Of a DNA stretch of 64,000 nt, positions 1-8,710 are shown piece after piece. The translations under genes were made by a program, and so were the position numbers. The notes beneath the pieces are model-generated. The model did not search any database, was not told where the DNA came from, and saw only the letters and a list, made by a program, of their open reading frames with translations. The DNA is taken from NCBI GenBank assembly GCA_964438295.1, contig CAYTKR010000007.1, forward strand, positions 522-64,521, read 5' to 3'. The DNA is from an uncultured Anaerolineales bacterium. Lineage in GTDB: Bacteria > Chloroflexota > Anaerolineae > Anaerolineales > UBA11858. Each line of letters opens with the position of its first letter. Position 1 is the stretch's first letter.

Positions 1-1715
1 AATTCCCCAAACGCTCCAGTTCGGCCGTTGCTGTCACACCTGATGGGGATTTCCTGCTGGTTGTGAACCCGGATTCGAATTCGATATCTGTTTTGAAGAC
101 ATTCGCTGGGGATGCTGAGGTTGAGATGATGGCTGAAATCCCCGTTGGTGTTGACCCGCGCACTGTAGCCGTCGATGACGCTGGAAATGTTGCCGTCACT
201 ACCAACCGGGCTTCTGGGACGGTCAGCATCATCGATTTGAAGACATATGCTGTTCGTGCGGAAGTCCGTGTGGGTCATTTGCCGTGGGGTGTGGTGATCC
301 ACCCCAATGCCGAAATCGCGTATGCAGCCTGCGAAGAGAGCGATCATGTTGCGGTAGTGGATATTGCCAATCATGAGTTGATTACATCCATCTCCGTCGC
401 TGATCGTCCCAATGGATTGGCAATCAGTGATGATGGGGGCAGCCTGTATGTCACGCATTTGCTGACGGGCCAGATCAGCGTGATCGACACCGAGATGGCC
501 GAGGTGAGCGAAACCCTCAGCACCTGGCCGGATGCCAACCTTTCCCAATCCATCATACTGCATCCTCATAACTCCCAGGGCCATCTGGCCTATCTACCCA
601 TGACACGCTCCAACAGCACCAACCAGGAGATAGCCTTCGATACGACAGTTTTTGCCCTGATCACCGTGGTAGACCTGGAAGCCGGGCATGTAGTCCCCCG
701 GCAGACGATCTCCCTTCCCGAATCTGATCAACCTGTGGGTCTGCCCTACGATGCTGCTTTCATGCCTGATGGTCAGATCTTGTATGTGGTCAATGCTGCC
801 AGTAACGATGTCTCAGTGATTGATCTTCGCACCACGTTGTCTGTTGCACATATCGAGGTAGGAGATAATCCGCGCGGGATTGCTATCCCTGCGTATGGTA
901 CACGAGCTTATGTGAATAACACGCTAGGGGGCACAGTCTCAGTGATCAACACTCTTACCAATGAAGTCATTGATACAGTAAAGGTAACCGACATTCCCTT
1001 GCCCCCTGCACTTTTGCGCGGCAAGCAGATTTTCCACTCCAGCAACGATCCGGAATTGTCGCGTGACCAGTGGATGAGCTGCAATACCTGCCATTGGGAG
1101 GGGGAGCATGATGGGCGCACCTGGCTTTTCGATTTCGCTGGGCCGCGCAACACAACCAGCTTGCTGGGCATGGTGGGTACTTACCCGTTGCGATGGTCAG
1201 CGGAATGGGATGAATCGGCCGACTCTGAATTCGCCATCACCCAAGAACAGTTTGGGGAGGGGTACTTAGGGGAAGGAATTCATGATACCCTGGCTGAACC
1301 CAACTCTGGTCGCTCGTTCGACCTGGATTGTTTGGCCGCCTTCATTGATTCCCTGGCGTACACACCTAATCCCCACATCGGCAAGTACGAACCCGAAGTT
1401 GCTATCCATGGCGAGGAGATATTCAACGATCTGGATGTTGGTTGTGTAGAGTGTCATCCCGCGCCGTATTACACCGATTTTCAGGTTCACGATGTGGGCA
1501 GCGGCGGTGCCCTTACCGAGCAACTAGGTCCCGAGTTCGACACGCCTACGCTGCGCGCACTCTACCGCAGCGCACCCTACATGCACGATGGCAGTGCTGA
1601 GACGTTGATGGATGTACTCACAGCGGCCAACCCCCACGATGAACACGGTGTCACATCGCATTTGAGCGAGGCTGAGTTGGGTGCGTTGGTTGTGTTTATG
1701 CTGGCAATACCTTAG
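1..1715 (+). CDS. Secreted YVTN-type beta-propeller fused to a di-haem cytochrome c peroxidase/MauG-like domain (5' end cut by window edge)
   Basis: The frame stays open back to nt 3, where FPKRSSSAVAVTPDGDFLLVVNPDSNSISV continues the blade repeat. Repeated '..DG..LYV.N..SN.VSVID' blades are followed by two CxxCH motifs (CNTCHWEGEHDG, CVECHPAPYYTD) and the CCP-family motif FDTPTLRALYRSAPYMHDGS. Confidence 0.8.
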   Translation, partial: FPKRSSSAVAVTPDGDFLLVVNPDSNSISVLKTFAGDAEVEMMAEIPVGVDPRTVAVDDAGNVAVTTNRASGTVSIIDLKTYAVRAEVRVGHLPWGVVIHPNAEIAYAACEESDHVAVVDIANHELITSISVADRPNGLAISDDGGSLYVTHLLTGQISVIDTEMAEVSETLSTWPDANLSQSIILHPHNSQGHLAYLPMTRSNSTNQEIAFDTTVFALITVVDLEAGHVVPRQTISLPESDQPVGLPYDAAFMPDGQILYVVNAASNDVSVIDLRTTLSVAHIEVGDNPRGIAIPAYGTRAYVNNTLGGTVSVINTLTNEVIDTVKVTDIPLPPALLRGKQIFHSSNDPELSRDQWMSCNTCHWEGEHDGRTWLFDFAGPRNTTSLLGMVGTYPLRWSAEWDESADSEFAITQEQFGEGYLGEGIHDTLAEPNSGRSFDLDCLAAFIDSLAYTPNPHIGKYEPEVAIHGEEIFNDLDVGCVECHPAPYYTDFQVHDVGSGGALTEQLGPEFDTPTLRALYRSAPYMHDGSAETLMDVLTAANPHDEHGVTSHLSEAELGALVVFMLAIP

Positions 1716-1760
1716 CCTTGATTGCTATTGTGGGATTATCAATAAAAGATAATTGCGCTC

Positions 1761-1851
1761 GCTTCGGATTGCCAAATCCGAAGCAGGGAATAGCCTGGAT
1801 TTGTCAATCCAGGCTGAGCGAAAGATACTCTCATTGGATAACCAAATCCAA
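1761..1851. repeat. Three REP-like stem-loops with a GGAT(T)-N4-6-(A)ATCC core, directly upstream of the Y1 transposase remnant
   Basis: GCTTCGGATT-gcca-AATCCGAAGC (1761-1784), AGCCTGGATT-tgtc-AATCCAGGCT (1792-1815) and TTGGAT-aaccaa-ATCCAA (1834-1851). The first two are perfect 10-bp stems with 4-nt loops. Confidence 0.65.
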
Positions 1852-1880
1852 CGAATTGATGAAAACTGTATGGTGATATT

Positions 1881-2434
1881 ATGACAAGTTGGCGTCCAGA
1901 TTTCCAGCCAGAGCACCTTTACTTCATTACTACAGGATGTGTAGATCAAATCCATCTCTTCAAAGATGACATTTTCATGCGCCCTCTGGTAGATGTATTT
2001 GATGCTTACCGACTCAGAATACGCTTAAGATTATTTTGTTTCGTTGTCATGCCAAACCATATTCACTTGATCGCGCAGTTTTCTGAAGATGATCCATTGG
2101 ATGCCGGATGAGAGATTACAAGAAACATACATCGGATAGATTGCTCAGACATCTTGAAGTAACTGATCAGTTTGAGTTATTGAAGGTATTGGCTAATAAA
2201 GTTAAACGCCCGGAAAAGCAACCCTTCAAGGTTTGGGAAGACGGTTACCTTGCAAAAGATGTGTTGACGAAAGAATTTGTACTCCAAAAAATGGAATGTA
2301 TTCACAACAATCCTTGCCAGCCGCATTGGAATTTGAGCGACTCACCGGAATCTTATATCTGGTCAAGTGCGCATTTTTATCTGACGGACGAGTCTTGCAT
2401 AATTCCAGTTGATGATGTGAGGAAGCTTCTCTAG
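1881..2434 (+). pseudogene. IS200/IS605-family Y1 (HUH) transposase / RAYT-like gene, split by a frameshift
   Basis: 1881-2111 encodes the HUH block (FVVMPNHIHLI). 2108-2434 encodes the C-terminal half (..KMECIHNNPCQ..) of what is normally one ~150-190 aa domain. The halves are in different frames (227-nt offset) and overlap in ATGA. The residue before IHNNP is Cys (TGT), where the family as I remember it has the catalytic Tyr (TAT). Confidence 0.7.
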
Positions 2435-2445
2435 TAGCTACAGCA

Positions 2446-2486
2446 GGATGGCCAGATCCGTTAGATGTCTGGATTTGGCATCCAGA
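2446..2486. repeat. Weaker GGAT...ATCC hairpins downstream of the transposase remnant
   Basis: GGAT-ggccag-ATCC (2446-2459) and TCTGGAT-ttggc-ATCCAGA (2468-2486). They share the core of the upstream hairpins. Confidence 0.4.
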
Positions 2487-2511
2487 GTGAGCAGCAAAAA
2501 ATCGAGTACCC

Positions 2512-5500
2512 ATGCATAAAAAAATGCAATTCTCCTTATTTCTCGTAATTATCTTCATCTCCTGTAATTTGCCAACTGCAATTGCAAAACCTGTCTCAGC
2601 TGAAAACGCTGTCGAAGCTGATAATCGTGGTGGGCCCAATTCTGATGATAACTTGCTAGAGGATGATATTTCAGAATCCCAAGATCTAGAAGAATCAACA
2701 TCACAAACCCAACCCCAACCCGGCGACGTACTCCCCTACACCTCCATGAACCCCCCTGATCTCGACCTTATAACAATCTCTACTCCAGACGAAGATGGAT
2801 TTGTTATCGTAGAAGGCGGTCCTGGCGCTGTGCCTACTGAAGCCGATAGCCTGCAATTCAATTGGGTATCTCTGGCGGGGATGGAAGTCGGCAGCGAGGG
2901 GTGCACGCGTTTGAATGACGATGGGTCCTTTATTGGTCAAGTATACGCGCCCCCTGGTGTGACCCTCTATATTGCGCCAGCCTGGATCGAAGGGGGACCG
3001 CGCCACCCGGACGAAGAAGGCGGCCTGTGTCATCAAAACTCTCATGGGGATGGCGTTCTGGTAAATATCCCCCAGCAAGGGGAAAAATTCGTAGCCTTTG
3101 GTGCGCTGCCAAATGGACGGGAGCGTATCCAAGGCGAGCATAATGCTTATACCATCCGCCGCAATTTCTGGCGCGCCCAAGGAGATTTCTCGCGTGTTGA
3201 TATCACCATTCGCGGCTTGGAAAAACACGCGTGTTTGCGACCAGCGTTGAAGATCGAGCGACTCTTTGATGATCAGGGAAGCCCTCGGGCGGTGCATGAT
3301 ACCGGCACGCAAGGTGTGCCAGTTACCACCACTGGGTTCATGGTCGAGTCACGCTATTACTGGTTGGATGCGGATGTGTTGTATTTGGAGAACCGCGAGT
3401 GCCTGGAGGGCCAGTCTGATTACGACCTAACGTATGATCTCCCAGACTTCATGGCTAATTTGGCTGATGGCTGGTACCGGATTAGGGTAATCCTCGGGGG
3501 TTGGGATAATGGAGAAACCTGGCCGTTTATTGCCCAGAACCCCTTCTTCTCCCAAGAGTTCGAGCCTGCACTGAACGATCAGGGTCTCTATGGGCCAGTG
3601 TTCGAGGTCGGGGATCCGGCTACGCCGTATCTCCCCTGGGTTCTTTTTGCCGAGACCGCCTCTCTGGGAGCAGGAGGCGCTCGGGGTATCGTGCCCACTG
3701 AACTTAAGGACGATTTCGCCTTTGATACGCGTGTCAACCTGACTCCGACGTGGATGATCCTGCCGCGTTTGGACCGGGTCAGCGGCGCTCAAGTTCCCTA
3801 TCGATTGGAGCCCTGGCTGCCCTCAATCAGCGCGGCTCCTTTCCGGGGCTTCTTGCCCGCCAGCCCCTTGATACCCTTAGACCCAGCAAGCAGTCGTATG
3901 TTGGTTTCCATCACCCATCCCAATGGAGATATAGAAACCTTGGATACGGAAGCGCTCCGGCAATCGGTTGTTGCCCTATCGTTCAACCACGGCGGCATCT
4001 TCTATCAGAGGCCAGGTGCCAACCACTCCTTCGCAGGACCAAACCGCACTTACGGAATGACAACCGGTGATGATAGTTTTGTTTATATTTTTCCAGAGGA
4101 TGGCCTTTATTCCATTCAAATCGATGGGCTGGTGTCGGATATCTGGGGCAATATCTATCAGGGAGGCGGAACGTACCAGGTTTACGTTGCCCAAGCTTTG
4201 GATATCGATATGGGGGTCTTTATGGGCACACCCATGATGGTGGGAGATGCGTACACGCCAACGCTGCAGGTCTTTCCGCCACGTCCGGCAGATATCGAGA
4301 TGATCATCAGGTATTTTCCATATAGTGATAAGGATAGAGAGGTTGTACACACCATCACAGGAAGGGCGAACCGTTTTGGTTATTTCCATCCTGGGGAAGA
4401 GCCTTTCGTCTTCGATGAGCCTGGGGAATATCGTGTCGATGTGTTAGCGCAACATGTCGACGCGAATGGCGATCTCTGGATGGCGGCGCGCACTGCTGCC
4501 TCGGTCGTCGCAGAGCCTGACACCTCCTTCACTCTTCATGGTGATACCCAGGAGCGCGGCATGCGCTGGTATTTCAATAACGTCATCCACGGCGGATGCG
4601 GCGAGGAATCTTGCGGGGGCTCCAATGTCAACTTGTTCCCCATCTTCCGTGGGGATATCGTCTGGTTCGCCGACACCACCAACCAGCAGCGCCCATCGGT
4701 ATTCGTAAGCGATCCTGATGGACTTACGAGCGAGCGCACGCATGACGATGAACGGAGGCCGCTCTTGTCCTGGTCGGAAACTGGCCGCGATGTCTATCAA
4801 TATCCCGAGGACGCCACGGTTTGGGAGTACTGGTACGAGAGCGCCCAGCGGGTCGGCGAGAGCATCCAGCAGCGTGTGCTGCAAAATGAAACCGCCCATA
4901 TGCACTGGTACACTAGCGATAACTATAACCAGCAGCACGGCATGCCCCCCGACGGCGATTTGGTCCACGACATCAAGCTGCTTTTCGGAGGGGCAGTCCA
5001 CAAGGGTCCGGAAGGGGTTGCCTACGCATACTACGCCGCTATGGATGTCACCATTCCTGAGCTGACCGATCTGGGCCAGCGTACCTGCCCGCCTTTCCAG
5101 GGTGCTGCAGGTGGAACGCCAAATTGCGGCCCTATCCTGGAGCTCAAAGGCCGGGATGTGGATTTGTTCCTGACCCCGTCCAGCGTCCAACCCGGCTCGA
5201 TCATGGAAGTAGGAGACACCTTTGCCTTCAGTGGCATCATGTGGCCGACGTTGGATACCAAATATAAGGTCACGATCACAAAGCCTGATGGGAGTATAGT
5301 TTTATGGGAGGGGCAGGCCACGCCGGTGGGATACGTCTCAGACGAAGGGCGCACCTTTGTAGTTGACCAGCCAGGGCGTTATCGCATCCACCTGACGCTG
5401 ATCCATGATGCGGTGGTGCCTTCTACGGGCGCTGCGCCTGATCCGCCGATCATCGCTGATGGGGAGAGAGTAATGAGCGAATTCGGCTACCGCGAGCCTC

Positions 5501-5883
5501 TCTCTGCGATCATGGGGACCTTCGACTCGACCTTCGAGGTGTATGCTGTTTCCCCAGACATTTCACTGCCTCCAGCGAGTGTGAACATGCCGGGCGACTC
5601 CCGTTCAGCGATACGGGTTCAGATCGAAAGCGATGCGCCAGATGGCACTTCTGCCTACTACACCTTGCACATGCCTGGATTTATCCTAGAAATGGGGGAA
5701 GTTGAAGTCCAAGATGGTATTGCAGATATTGAGATCGACCGCCGAGCGCTGATGAAAGATTATCCCAACTTCTCTCCTGAATACGAAGTGTATACCCTGA
5801 CACTACTCGTCGATGACCCGGACCATCCAACGGCGCACTATATTTATTTCAATGGGAATACTTTCCATGTAGCTGGTCAATAA
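2512..5883 (+). CDS. Large secreted protein of unknown function (1123 aa)
   Basis: A long uninterrupted ORF with an N-terminal signal peptide (MHKKMQFSLFLVIIFISCNLPTAIA) and an acidic low-complexity linker. It sits 8 nt upstream of the next gene. I recognise no catalytic motif. Confidence 0.6.
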   Translation: MHKKMQFSLFLVIIFISCNLPTAIAKPVSAENAVEADNRGGPNSDDNLLEDDISESQDLEESTSQTQPQPGDVLPYTSMNPPDLDLITISTPDEDGFVIVEGGPGAVPTEADSLQFNWVSLAGMEVGSEGCTRLNDDGSFIGQVYAPPGVTLYIAPAWIEGGPRHPDEEGGLCHQNSHGDGVLVNIPQQGEKFVAFGALPNGRERIQGEHNAYTIRRNFWRAQGDFSRVDITIRGLEKHACLRPALKIERLFDDQGSPRAVHDTGTQGVPVTTTGFMVESRYYWLDADVLYLENRECLEGQSDYDLTYDLPDFMANLADGWYRIRVILGGWDNGETWPFIAQNPFFSQEFEPALNDQGLYGPVFEVGDPATPYLPWVLFAETASLGAGGARGIVPTELKDDFAFDTRVNLTPTWMILPRLDRVSGAQVPYRLEPWLPSISAAPFRGFLPASPLIPLDPASSRMLVSITHPNGDIETLDTEALRQSVVALSFNHGGIFYQRPGANHSFAGPNRTYGMTTGDDSFVYIFPEDGLYSIQIDGLVSDIWGNIYQGGGTYQVYVAQALDIDMGVFMGTPMMVGDAYTPTLQVFPPRPADIEMIIRYFPYSDKDREVVHTITGRANRFGYFHPGEEPFVFDEPGEYRVDVLAQHVDANGDLWMAARTAASVVAEPDTSFTLHGDTQERGMRWYFNNVIHGGCGEESCGGSNVNLFPIFRGDIVWFADTTNQQRPSVFVSDPDGLTSERTHDDERRPLLSWSETGRDVYQYPEDATVWEYWYESAQRVGESIQQRVLQNETAHMHWYTSDNYNQQHGMPPDGDLVHDIKLLFGGAVHKGPEGVAYAYYAAMDVTIPELTDLGQRTCPPFQGAAGGTPNCGPILELKGRDVDLFLTPSSVQPGSIMEVGDTFAFSGIMWPTLDTKYKVTITKPDGSIVLWEGQATPVGYVSDEGRTFVVDQPGRYRIHLTLIHDAVVPSTGAAPDPPIIADGERVMSEFGYREPLSAIMGTFDSTFEVYAVSPDISLPPASVNMPGDSRSAIRVQIESDAPDGTSAYYTLHMPGFILEMGEVEVQDGIADIEIDRRALMKDYPNFSPEYEVYTLTLLVDDPDHPTAHYIYFNGNTFHVAGQ

Positions 5884-5891
5884 AGATCAAG

Positions 5892-8672
5892 TTGCCCATG
5901 AACACGAAATCAAAGATCAGATTATTTCTCTTACTGCTCGGGCTATTGGTAATACCCCTTGGATTTGGCCGCGCCCAGGAAGGGGATTTTTCTGACACGT
6001 TCGATGACCCCAATTTGCCCGGGTGGGAGATAACTTCAGGTGTGAGTGTTGTGGATGGTGTGCTGCGAATTGAGACGGGCGGCTCCGCCACCTACAACAC
6101 TGATTTTGGCGATTTGAAGCTCAGTTTTCGCTTGCGTAGCTCTTCTGGCGGTGAATTAAAACTCAGTTATCGCTTCAGCGATGCTGGAGCTTATCATGTA
6201 TTGTTCAATGCCGAACGCATGCTTTTGCAGCGTGAAACCGGCGTTGAAGTGAAGGATCTGGCCTTTGAAACCCTGCCTCCTAATCTTATTGGAGCACATG
6301 AATGGATGCAGCTCGTAATCACTGTTTTTGGTGATAAACATACGATTTCACTCGATGGCGTGACATTGCTGACTCATTCTGATGCTGATCCCCTTCTGGA
6401 AGGACGTATTAGCCTCGCTGTTCCAGGTGAAGCTAGCATCGATGTCGATGATTTTTCGGTGACAGATCGGGAGTCATCCGAGCCCTCGTCTCCAGCAAAT
6501 GAACGCCATGCTTCATTGCCCTGGATATCTACTGGCGGCCCTATTGGTGGGCTGGGTTACGATGTGCGTATGCTTCCAGACAATCCCGACGTGATGTATG
6601 TGACTGATGATGGGGCTGGAGCATTCAAGAGTGTGGATGGTGGGGCGACCTGGTTCTCAATTAATGAAGGCATCACAACCCGTATCGGCGATTCGAATGA
6701 TGGTGTCCCTGTCTTTTGCCTGACAATTGACCCAAATAACATTGATCGTATATGGGTGGGCACCAGTGGTTCAAGTGGTGTATTCCGTAGCGATGATGGT
6801 GGGGACACATGGACCAAAATGAGAAATGGGATAACCGAACGCGGACTCAATGTGCGCGGCTTCACAGTTGAGCCGGGTAATTCAGAGGTTGTTTATCTAG
6901 CGGGTGAGATTTCCAGTTGGGAGTGGTTTGGGGGCGAAACCAAATCTGACCTGGGTTTTGATTTGACCAAAGGCGTGGTCTATAAAACTGTCGATGCGGG
7001 CCAGAACTGGAGTCGGATTTGGGAAGGTGACAATCTGGCACGTTATATCTGGATTCATCCTGACAATCCCGATTTGCTCTTCGTTTCCACCGGTATCTTT
7101 GATCGTCTGGCCGCGAATAGCAACTTGGATGCAGGCGACCCTGGCGGTGTAGGCGTGCTGCGCAACCTCAATGGCGGTGATCCTTCGACAAGCTCAGGAC
7201 AAGCCTGGGAATTACTCGGTGTAGAGCGCGGATTCCACCCCGATGACCTGTATATTGGCAGCCTGTTCATGCATCCCACCAATCCAGATAACTTGTTAGC
7301 CGCAGCCGGCAACGATCCATATGCCACCTATCTGGGACGGCCCATGGGTGGAATTTATTTCACGGAAGATGGCGGTGATTCTTGGGTGGAAGTGCTTGAT
7401 GGTCATAACTTCAGCGCGGTGGAATATTGTGAAAGCAACCCAAATGTTGCCTATGCTGGTGCGGTCAGCGGCTTTTTTCGCAGCGAGGATGGCGGCCGCA
7501 CCTGGGAGCAGCGAACTGGTGAGTTGTGGGGGCCGTCGGGAATAATCGTTGGCTTCCCCATTGATTTGCAATGCGATCCGCGTGACCCCAACCGTATCTT
7601 TATCAACAACTATGGTGGTGGTAATTTCCTTAGCGAGGATGGTGGGGCAACCTGGGTGATATCCAGCGCGGGCTACACAGGTGCACATACTCGACAGATC
7701 GCTATCGATCCACAGAATCCGTCTCAGGTTTATGTCACCGTGCGCAGCGCAATTTTCGCGAGCTCAGATGCCGGTGTTACCTGGCACGGTCTGGCCAACG
7801 GGGCAGCGCGTGCCTTGGAGGCGCATGTTATTGCAGTTGATCCTGGGGATTCGCGGCATATTTTGGCAACGGTAATGGATATTGGTCCAAATCCCTTGAG
7901 CAGTTATGATGGCGGCGTTTCCTGGCAGGAGATCGATACCGGGATTTTTACTGGAGCAGATCATGATGCGCGCGAGATGGTTACAAAGATTGTCTTCTCA
8001 CCTTCTAACCCTAATATAGTGTATGCTGCTGCAAGCAATTTTGGCTGCCTAGATGAGGATATTTGTGTAAATAACCAGGGAAGAGGTGTGATCGTCTCGC
8101 GCGATGGCGGTCAGACCTGGTCGCAAACCAGTCTCTCAAGTGGAAATATCATGGATTTGGCAGTATTCCCAAAGGATGCGAATGTGGTGTATGCCGCCGT
8201 TTTTCCGGGTAGTGTTTATCGCTCCTACGACGCTGGGGTATCCTGGGAACAGGTTGCCGAGAACCTACCATCAGGAGCTGATGACGACTCATCGGGTCCT
8301 TCCAGGGTAAAAATCTGGGCGTTGGCGGTCGATCCGAAGAACTCGAAGATACTGTATGCCGGATTCAAGAAAGGTGGCGTGATGGTCAGCAGCGATGGCG
8401 GCCAGACCTGGCGTGCGACCTCGGCTGGCATGGCACCAGAAGCTTCAGTGAGCGACTTTGCTATCGACCCTACCAGTCCAAACATCGTTTACGCAGCAAC
8501 AAAAGATAGCGGCGTCTTCATCTCCATGGATGGCGGAGGAATGTGGCAGGCGATCAACGAAGGGTTGAGCAATCGCTCCGTAGTTGGCCTGGCTCTCTCC
8601 ACAGATGGCAGCATTCTCTACGCGGCCACGGATGGCGCTGGTGTTTTTAGGCTGGGGACTCCTTCGAAGTAG
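5892..8672 (+). CDS. Secreted LamG/DUF1080-like domain + BNR (Asp-box) repeat double beta-propeller protein, paralogue 1
   Basis: Signal peptide, then an N-terminal 'FSDTFDDPNLPGWE..GVSVVDGVLRI' concanavalin-like module. About 12 Asp-boxes follow (SVDGGATW, SDDGGDTW, TVDAGQNW, TEDGGDSW, SEDGGRTW, SRDGGQTW...). Confidence 0.75.
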   Translation: MPMNTKSKIRLFLLLLGLLVIPLGFGRAQEGDFSDTFDDPNLPGWEITSGVSVVDGVLRIETGGSATYNTDFGDLKLSFRLRSSSGGELKLSYRFSDAGAYHVLFNAERMLLQRETGVEVKDLAFETLPPNLIGAHEWMQLVITVFGDKHTISLDGVTLLTHSDADPLLEGRISLAVPGEASIDVDDFSVTDRESSEPSSPANERHASLPWISTGGPIGGLGYDVRMLPDNPDVMYVTDDGAGAFKSVDGGATWFSINEGITTRIGDSNDGVPVFCLTIDPNNIDRIWVGTSGSSGVFRSDDGGDTWTKMRNGITERGLNVRGFTVEPGNSEVVYLAGEISSWEWFGGETKSDLGFDLTKGVVYKTVDAGQNWSRIWEGDNLARYIWIHPDNPDLLFVSTGIFDRLAANSNLDAGDPGGVGVLRNLNGGDPSTSSGQAWELLGVERGFHPDDLYIGSLFMHPTNPDNLLAAAGNDPYATYLGRPMGGIYFTEDGGDSWVEVLDGHNFSAVEYCESNPNVAYAGAVSGFFRSEDGGRTWEQRTGELWGPSGIIVGFPIDLQCDPRDPNRIFINNYGGGNFLSEDGGATWVISSAGYTGAHTRQIAIDPQNPSQVYVTVRSAIFASSDAGVTWHGLANGAARALEAHVIAVDPGDSRHILATVMDIGPNPLSSYDGGVSWQEIDTGIFTGADHDAREMVTKIVFSPSNPNIVYAAASNFGCLDEDICVNNQGRGVIVSRDGGQTWSQTSLSSGNIMDLAVFPKDANVVYAAVFPGSVYRSYDAGVSWEQVAENLPSGADDDSSGPSRVKIWALAVDPKNSKILYAGFKKGGVMVSSDGGQTWRATSAGMAPEASVSDFAIDPTSPNIVYAATKDSGVFISMDGGGMWQAINEGLSNRSVVGLALSTDGSILYAATDGAGVFRLGTPSK

Positions 8673-8710
8673 CTTGATTTTTTTGTTATCGTATTTTGAG
8701 AGGTGACGTC

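Noticed and set aside
1725-1955. A 76-aa minus-strand ORF covering the REP hairpins and the transposase 5' end.
   Set aside because: It runs through palindromic repeat DNA and overlaps the recognisable HUH-transposase frame. It has no motif support.
2105-2111. The ATGA overlap between ORFs 1881-2111 and 2108-2434, read as translational coupling of two genuine small genes.
   Set aside because: The two pieces are the N- and C-terminal halves of one Y1-transposase domain (the HUH block, and the helix carrying the Tyr position). A frameshift is therefore the simpler explanation.
4444-5190. Long antisense or alternative-frame ORFs. These are 4444-5190, 2701-3312, 9203-9904, 9908-10534, 35790-36371, 54388-55071 and 57342-58166.
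   Set aside because: Each lies entirely inside a longer ORF that has clear family motifs on the other strand or frame. Their compositions are Arg/Gly/Pro-rich and low in complexity, as is typical of shadow ORFs, and none shows an RBS or recognisable motif.
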